From NCBI RefSeq assembly GCF_009914755.1, contig NC_060932.1: a stretch of DNA of 64,000 nucleotides; one strand, 5' to 3'. Numbering within the stretch: the stretch's first letter is position 1; each line of letters starts with the position of its first letter. Source of the DNA: the human T2T-CHM13v2.0 reference genome, Homo sapiens. Shown piece by piece: positions 56,880-64,000 of this stretch. The notes under the pieces were generated by a model. That model worked only from the letters and a program-made list of their open reading frames with translations, made no database searches and was not told the DNA's origin. Both the position numbers and the translations under genes were made by a program.

Positions 56880-58270
56880 ATTTACTGGGTGTTCAGTAGG
56901 TTTGGGGTCCCTTCCTAAGTACTTTACATGTATTCCTCTATTTAGTTCTCACCACTTTATGAGGTGGAATCTCTTATCTCTGATTTATTGATGAAGAAAG
57001 CAAGCCAGAGGGGGCTTAAGCATGTCGCCCAAGTCTCATGTTCAGTAGGTAGAGGACAGATTTGAACCCATCTGTGTCCTCAAAGCTCAAGTGCTTAGCT
57101 TCCACGTTCTGCCGTCTGACTTTCTGTGTGGGCTTCCTATGTGTGACGGTCTAAGAGTAGGGGCCACAGGAGCTAGTGGAAGTGCCAGGAGAGGGTATCT
57201 GTTGACTCAGCTTCTGGGGTATTTTCCTACAAAAGGCAGAAGATGAGTCAACTCTTCTCCGGATCACTTTCATAAAGGAAATTGGATTATCTGGGAAGCT
57301 CAGGCTTTCTGAGTGATGAGTCCTGTTGGTTGATTGGAGGATCTGACAGGAAACCCTTTCCACCTGAGCTCTTGTTGGAAGATTCACTAAAATGCACGTT
57401 ATACTTCTTGCCGAGGTCAATGTAGTAGGCTGGGTGTATTACTGACAGTGAGATTTGAGTCGTGTCTCACAGTCTTATTGCCGAGCAGAAATCCTCAGTG
57501 CAGAGGTACATGCTGATGATAACATTTTGCTTTCATCAAGCTCTGTATCAGGTGTTGTGCTAAATGTTTTTATCATAAAAACAATCCGTTAAAGCTAAGT
57601 GACTGTTCTTATTTTTACAGGAGGATAAACTGAGGCTCTGAAAGGCTAAACAGCTTGCCTGCTGACACATAACTGTAAAATGATTGATAGAGTCAGTCAG
57701 TGGTTCATTCTCAAACCAGCATCTGTCTGACTTCAAATCATGAAATTGGCTTAAGGAAATTATGGAAGTCTCTGGAAGCTGTTGGCTTTCTTAAAACTCT
57801 ACCAGGGATAGTTAGCCACAGGAGTAGGTCACAGGTGGTAAAGTACAAGTGTCAGAATGAGGTAAAGCTAATTTCAAAATCAAGCTCAGCCATGTGCTAA
57901 CTGAATGAACTTGGGGAAACAATTTAACCTTGTTGAGGTCAGTTTTCTCATTTGCAAAATGGCAATGACACCTACCTTCACAGTTGCTGTGAGAACTAAA
58001 CACAAGGTCATATTACATGCTCAAAAAAGGGTAGCTGCAATTCTTGCTTGTTTTCCTCTTCCTCCTAAGAGCAGAGGCAATGCATTTTTAAAAATGCATT
58101 TTCAAGGGCAACATGGTTTACTGAAAAGAGTTAGAGAGAGAGCCTAATGATTTAGGTTCTGGCCCTGGTAATCAGTAACTGTGATTCTGGGCTTCCTAAC
58201 TTCCCTGGGCCTCAGTTTACTCATCTATAATGCAAGCGGTTTGGGTTGAATGTTAGTTCTGAGAAATTGA
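56880..58270. mobile_element. Cluster of MIR fragments in intron 15
   Basis: Cores such as TTTTACAGGAGGATAAACTGAGGCTC, TCAGTTTTCTCATTTGCAAAATGG and GGCCTCAGTTTACTCATCTATAA. Confidence 0.7.
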
Positions 58271-58317
58271 GGCTTTGCTTTCCTCAAACTAGTTTTTGGG
58301 CAAAGAAAACAGAATGA

Positions 58318-58587
<270 letters not shown>

Positions 58588-61500
58588 CCCTGGGTTTGGC
58601 ATCCGCTTTGGCTGGAGCTCTCAGTGCATTCCTCCCTGAGAGAGACAGAAGCCCCAGCCCCAGAACCTGGAGACCCATCTCCCCCATCTCACAACTGCTG
58701 TTACAAGACCGTGCTGGGGAGTGGGGCAAGGGACAGGCCCCACTGTCGGTGTGCTTGGCCCATCCACTGGCACCTACCACGGAGCTGAAGCCTGAGCCCC
58801 TCAGGAAGGTGCCTTAGGCCTGTTGGATTCCTATTTATTGCCCACCTTTTCCTGGAGCCCAGGTCCAGGCCTACCAGGACTCTGCAGGTCACTGCTAGCT
58901 CCAGATGAGACCGTCCAGCGTTCCCCCTTCAAGAGAAACACTCATCCCGAACAGCCTAAAAAATTCCCATCCCTTCTTTCTCACCCCTCCATATCTATCT
59001 CCCGAGTGGCTGGACAAAATGAGCTACGTCTGGGTGCAGTAGTTATAGGTGGGGCAAGAGGTGGATGCCCACTTTCTGGTCAGACACCTTTAGGTTGCTC
59101 TGGGGAAGGCTGTCTTGCTAAATACCTCCAGGGTTCCCAGCAAGTGGCCACCAGGCCTTGTACAGGAAGACATTCAGTCACCGTGTAATTAGTAACACAG
59201 AAAGTCTGCCTGTCTGCATTGTACATAGTGTTTATAATATTGTAATAATATATTTTACCTGTGGTATGTGGGCATGTTTACTGCCACTGGCCTAGAGGAG
59301 ACACAGACCTGGAGACCGTTTTAATGGGGGTTTTTGCCTCTGTGCCTGTTCAAGAGACTTGCAGGGCTAGGTAGAGGGCCTTTGGGATGTTAAGGTGACT
59401 GCAGCTGATGCCAAGATGGACTCTGCAATGGGCATACCTGGGGGCTCGTTCCCTGTCCCCAGAGGAAGCCCCCTCTCCTTCTCCATGGGCATGACTCTCC
59501 TTCGAGGCCACCACGTTTATCTCACAATGATGTGTTTTGCTTGACTTTCCCTTTGCGCTGTCTCGTGGGAAAGGTCATTCTGTCTGAGACCCCAGCTCCT
59601 TCTCCAGCTTTGGCTGCGGGCATGGCCTGAGCTTTCTGGAGAGCCTCTGCAGGGGGTTTGCCATCAGGGCCCTGTGGCTGGGTCTGCTGCAGAGCTCCTT
59701 GGCTATCAGGAGAATCCTGGACACTGTACTGTGCCTCCCAGTTTACAAACACGCCCTTCATCTCAAGTGGCCCTTTAAAAGGCCTGCTGCCATGTGAGAG
59801 CTGTGAACAGCTCAGCTCTGAGTCGGCAGGCTGGGGCTTCCTCCTGGGCCACCAGATGGAAAGGGGGTATTGTTTGCCTCACTCCTGGATGCTGCGTTTT
59901 AAGGAAGTGAGTGAGAAAGAATGTGCCAAGATACCTGGCTCCTGTGAAACCAGCCTCAGGAGGGAAACTGGGAGAGAGAAGCTGTGGTCTCCTGCTACAT
60001 GCCCTGGGAGCTGGAAGAGAAAAACACTCCCCTAAACAATCGCAAAATGATGAACCATCATGGGCCACTGTTCTCTTTGAGGGGACAGGTTTAGGGGTTT
60101 GCGTTCGCCCTTGTGGGCTGAAGCACTAGCTTTTTGGTAGCTAGACACATCCTGCCCCAAAGGTTCTCTACAAAGGCCCAGATTTGTTTGTAAAGCACTT
60201 TGACTCTTACCTGGAGGCCCGCTCTCTAAGGGCTTCCTGCGCTCCCACCTCATCTGTCCCTGAGATGCAGAGCAGGATGGAGGGTCTGCTTCTAGCTCAG
60301 CTGTTTCTCCTTGAGGTTGCGGAGGAATTGAATTGAATGGGACAGAGGGCAGGTGCTGTGGCCAAGAAGATCTCCGAGCAGCAGTGACGGGGCACCTTGC
60401 TGTGTGTCCTCTGGGCATGTTAACCCTTCTGTGGGGCCAAAGGTTTGCATCGTGGATCCAGCTGTGCTCCAGTCTGTCCCCTCCTCCTCCACTCTGACTG
60501 CCACGCCCCGGACCAGCAGCTTGGGGACCCTCCAGGGTACTAATGGGGCTCTGTTCTGAGATGGACAAATTCAGTGTTGGAAATACATGTTGTACTATGC
60601 ACTTCCCATGCTCCTAGGGTTAGGAATAGTTTCAAACATGATTGGCAGACATAACAACGGCAAATACTCGGACTGGGGCATAGGACTCCAGAGTAGGAAA
60701 AAGACAAAAGATTTGGCAGCCTGACACAGGCAACCTACCCCTCTCTCTCCAGCCTCTTTATGAAACTGTTTGTTTGCCAGTCCTGCCCTAAGGCAGAAGA
60801 TGAATTGAAGATGCTGTGCATGTTTCCTAAGTCCTTGAGCAATCATGGTGGTGACAATTGCCACAAGGGATATGAGGCCAGTGCCACCAGAGGGTGGTGC
60901 CAAGTGCCACATCCCTTCCGATCCATTCCCCTCTGCATCCTCGGAGCACCCCAGTTTGCCTTTGATGTGTCCGCTGTGTATGTTAGCTGAATTTTGATGA
61001 GCAAAATTTCCTGAGCGAAACACTCCAAAGAGATAGGAAAACTTGCCGCCTCTTCTTTTTTGTCCCTTAATCAAACTCAAATAAGCTTAAAAAAAATCCA
61101 TGGAAGATCATGGACATGTGAAATGAGCATTTTTTTCTTTTCTTTCTTTTTTTTTTTTTTTTAACAAAGTCTGAACTGAACAGAACAAGACTTTTTCCTC
61201 ATACATCTCCAAATTGTTTAAACTTACTTTATGAGTGTTTGTTTAGAAGTTCGGACCAACAGAAAAATGCAGTCAGATGTCATCTTGGAATTGGTTTCTA
61301 AAAGAGTAAGGCATGTCCCTGCCCAGAAACTTAGGAAGCATGAAATAAATCAAATGTTTATTTTCCTTCTTATTTAAAATCATGCAAATGCAACAGAAAT
61401 AGAGGGTTTGTGCCAAATGCTATGAACGGCCCTTTCTTAAAGACAAGCAAGGGAGATTGATATATGTACAATTTGCTCTCATGTTTTAAAAAAAAAAGGT

Positions 61501-61620
61501 AAATGTAACTTAATAGTTTTGTAAATGGGAGAGGGGGAATCTATAAACTATAAATACAGTTATTTTATTTTTTGTACATTTTTAAGGAGAAAAAAATAAA
61601 TATTCATAACATAAGAGTAA
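58588..61620 (+). other. GRHL2: GRHL2 3' UTR (~3.0 kb; 3' end approximate)
   Basis: Follows the stop codon; no recognisable interspersed repeats; ends in an AU-rich segment with AATAAA and a downstream GU-rich element. Confidence 0.85.
61595..61600 (+). terminator. Distal polyadenylation signal AATAAA
   Basis: AATAAA with upstream TGTA elements (61520, 61573) and downstream GTGTCTGGTGCTTTCTGTG at about 61628-61646. Confidence 0.8.
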
Positions 61621-62928
61621 AACAACAGTGTCTGGTGCTTTCTGTGCAGCCAGTGTTGGGGATTTTTACCTTGTTGGAGAGAGGTTTCCATGTGACGTGG
61701 GAAAATTCTAGCTGCCCACCCTGCCTTCAGGTCCTGGGCTTCAACAGAGCAGGGATTTCCTGGTAAAGTTACTTTGCTGTGCTTCACCCCAGTGTTAAAT
61801 GTGAAGAGGGCTGAAGAACTTCCAGGGCTTCTGTGTGACCACGGCAGGCTCCCCAGGGTGGTTATTCTTGGCCAGTCCCTTTGGGCAGGGAGTTGGTTCT
61901 GTTCACTTGCTTCTGCCCATCCTCACTCCCAGGCCCACTCGCCCGCCCTTGAATTCCCACAAAAGCTTTCTGCTTCCTTAGTTCACCTGCACCAACCTCT
62001 GCATGGAGGCTGAAACCATGTGGCTCTAACTCCAGTTTTCTCACAATCTCTTGCCCTGGAACCCACAGGCTCCCTAAGATCTGTTGGCTCGAATGTGAAC
62101 ACCTGGATGCACTATCCCAGTATCTGCTGGGGTTTCCTTGGTGGGTACCACTCTGTGGAGCCACCCACACTCCTTTAACTGCTGTCCATGATTATCTCCC
62201 AAGAGCAGCTCTGTTCCAAACAAGTAGCATTTCTACATTCTTCTACATCTTCCCATCTCTCTGTCTATACATGTCCACAGCTTTCAAATCTTGGCTAAAC
62301 ATCATTTGCCTTCAGGAAGCCTCCCTTGACCAACTTCAACCCCAGCAGCATCTCCAGCAGCCTCTGTGCCTAGACCAGGGACTGGGAAGTGAGGGCATGG
62401 AGGAAGCGCTCATTGCAGAGTCTTCTGGAGAGATCCTGGGATTAGAAATGGGCTCCAAGGCTTGTTGTCATGACTGTGTTCCACAGCCTCATTAGGAGGT
62501 CTTGGTGCTCTCCCCAGCTGTCCAAGTAGGTCCAGCTGAGGATACGAGCTGGTCTCCACATCTCCTGAGGCAGCCTCCCCCTTGGCCTGTGGCAGCCACG
62601 GTCCTGCTGTTAGGTGCTCGCCATGTGTGCCAACCAGTTCCCTGGAATGAGACGCTGGTTGGATAGGCGATGACGGTTGTCAGTGTCGTGAAGTTCAGTA
62701 CCAGCTCTTGTCTCCCACTCTCTACACTGATTCAGTTCGATTACTCTGGACCTGATGTTTTGCCGTGTGCTGGAGAGAGAGGCAAGTTAGACACAGTCTG
62801 CCCTCATAGGAGGTGGGGTGCAAAAGGATAGTGATCTGGAAACTTTGGGGACTCAGGAATTCTATAGTGGGGCCTCTGATCAGCCAGAAGCAGCAAGAAA
62901 GAGGAAGAGGATGGTGAAAAGGCACCAA

Positions 62929-64000
62929 GGGGGGTGGAGCCAAGATGGCTACATAGGAACAGCTCCGGTCTACAGCTCCCAGCATGAGCAATGCAGACGA
63001 CGGTTGATTTCTGTATTTCCATCTGAGGTACCGGGTTCATCTCACTAGGGAGTGCCAGACAGTGGGTGCAGGACAGTAGGTGCAGTGCACCCTGCGCAAG
63101 CTGAAGCAGGGCGAGGCATTGCCTCACTCGGGAAGCGCAAGGGGTCAGGGAGTTCCCTTTCCTAGTCAAAGAAAGGGGTGACAGACGGCACCTGGAAAAT
63201 CCCACCCTAATACTGTGCTTTTCCAATGGGCTTAAAAAATGGCACACCAGGAGATTATATCCCGCACCTGGCTCGGAGGGTCCTACGCGCATGGAGTCTC
63301 GCTGATTGCTAGCACAGCAGTCTGAGATCAAACTGCAAGGCGGCAGCGATGCTGGGGGAGGGGCACCTGCAAGCTGGGGGAGGGGCACCTGCAATTGCCC
63401 AGGCTTGATTAGGCAAACAAAGCAGCTGGGAAGCTCGAACTGGGTGGAGCCTACCACAGCTCAAGGAGACCTGCCTGCCTGCCTCTGTAGGCTCCACCTC
63501 TGGGGGCAGGGCACAGACAAACAAAAAGACAGCAGTAACCTCTGCAGACTTAAATGTCCCTGTCTGACAGCTTTGAAGAGAGCAGTGGTTCTCCCAGCAC
63601 GCAGCTGGAGATCTGAGAATGGGCAGACTGCCTCCTCAAGCGGGTCCTTGACCCCCAAGCAGCCTAACTGGGAGGCACCCCCCAGCAGGGGCAGACTGAC
63701 ATCTCATATGTCCGGGTACTCCTCTGAGACAAAACTTTCAGAGGAACGATCAGGCAGCAGCACTTGCGGTTCACCAATATCCGCTGTTCTACAGCCACCG
63801 CTGTTCTGCAGCCACCGCTGCTGATACCCAGGCAAACAGGGTCTGGAGTGGACTTCTAGCAAACTCCAACAGACCTGCAGCTGAGGGTCCTATCTGTTAG
63901 AAGGAAAACTAACAAACAGAAAGGACATCCACACCAAAAACCCTTCTGTACGTCACCATCATCAAAGACCAAAAGTAGATAAAGCCACAAAGATGGGGAA
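62929..64000 (+). mobile_element. 5' end of an L1PA element (L1PA3-L1PA5 range): complete 5' UTR plus ORF1 start, continuing beyond the window
   Basis: GGGGGGTGGAGCCAAGATGGC..ATAGGAACAGCTCCGGTCTACAGCTCCCAGC; ORF1 ATGGGGAA at 63993; retains the 5' UTR segment deleted in the youngest L1s. Confidence 0.95.
62941..62949 (+). promoter_or_regulatory. YY1 site of the L1 internal sense promoter
   Basis: CAAGATGGC at about +13 of the L1 5' UTR. Confidence 0.8.

Noticed and set aside
63306-63824. 172-aa plus-strand ORF taken as L1 ORF1
   Set aside because: It lies inside the L1 5' UTR; the true ORF1 ATG is at 63993.

Overview
Primate (hominid, most likely human) genomic DNA, not prokaryotic. The window holds the 3' half of GRHL2 (grainyhead-like 2) on the + strand. 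Eight GT-AG coding exons (exons 9-16 by recalled human numbering) total 780 nt and splice in frame to 259 codons plus TAG ([20 protein letters not shown]...FKVTLMEI*). A ~3 kb 3' UTR follows, with AATAAA at 61595. Introns are dense in Alu, L1, L2, MIR, LTR and DNA-transposon fossils, including a near full-length Tigger1, a tiny Ricksha-like derivative, a 5'-inverted L1MB, a 1.6 kb hierarchical minisatellite and a 340 bp TG-rich tract. The window ends in the 5' UTR of an L1PA whose antisense promoter and ORF0 frame face the GRHL2 3' end. I found no evidence of a new multi-gene system. The best leads are regulatory hypotheses: intronic polyadenylation after exon 13, a candidate in-frame cryptic microexon beside the UG tract, the L1 antisense/ORF0 readthrough, the VNTR, and miRNA seed sites in the UTR. 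Repeat subfamily names are recognised from memory, not from a RepeatMasker run. Nearly all ORFs in the supplied track are spurious.
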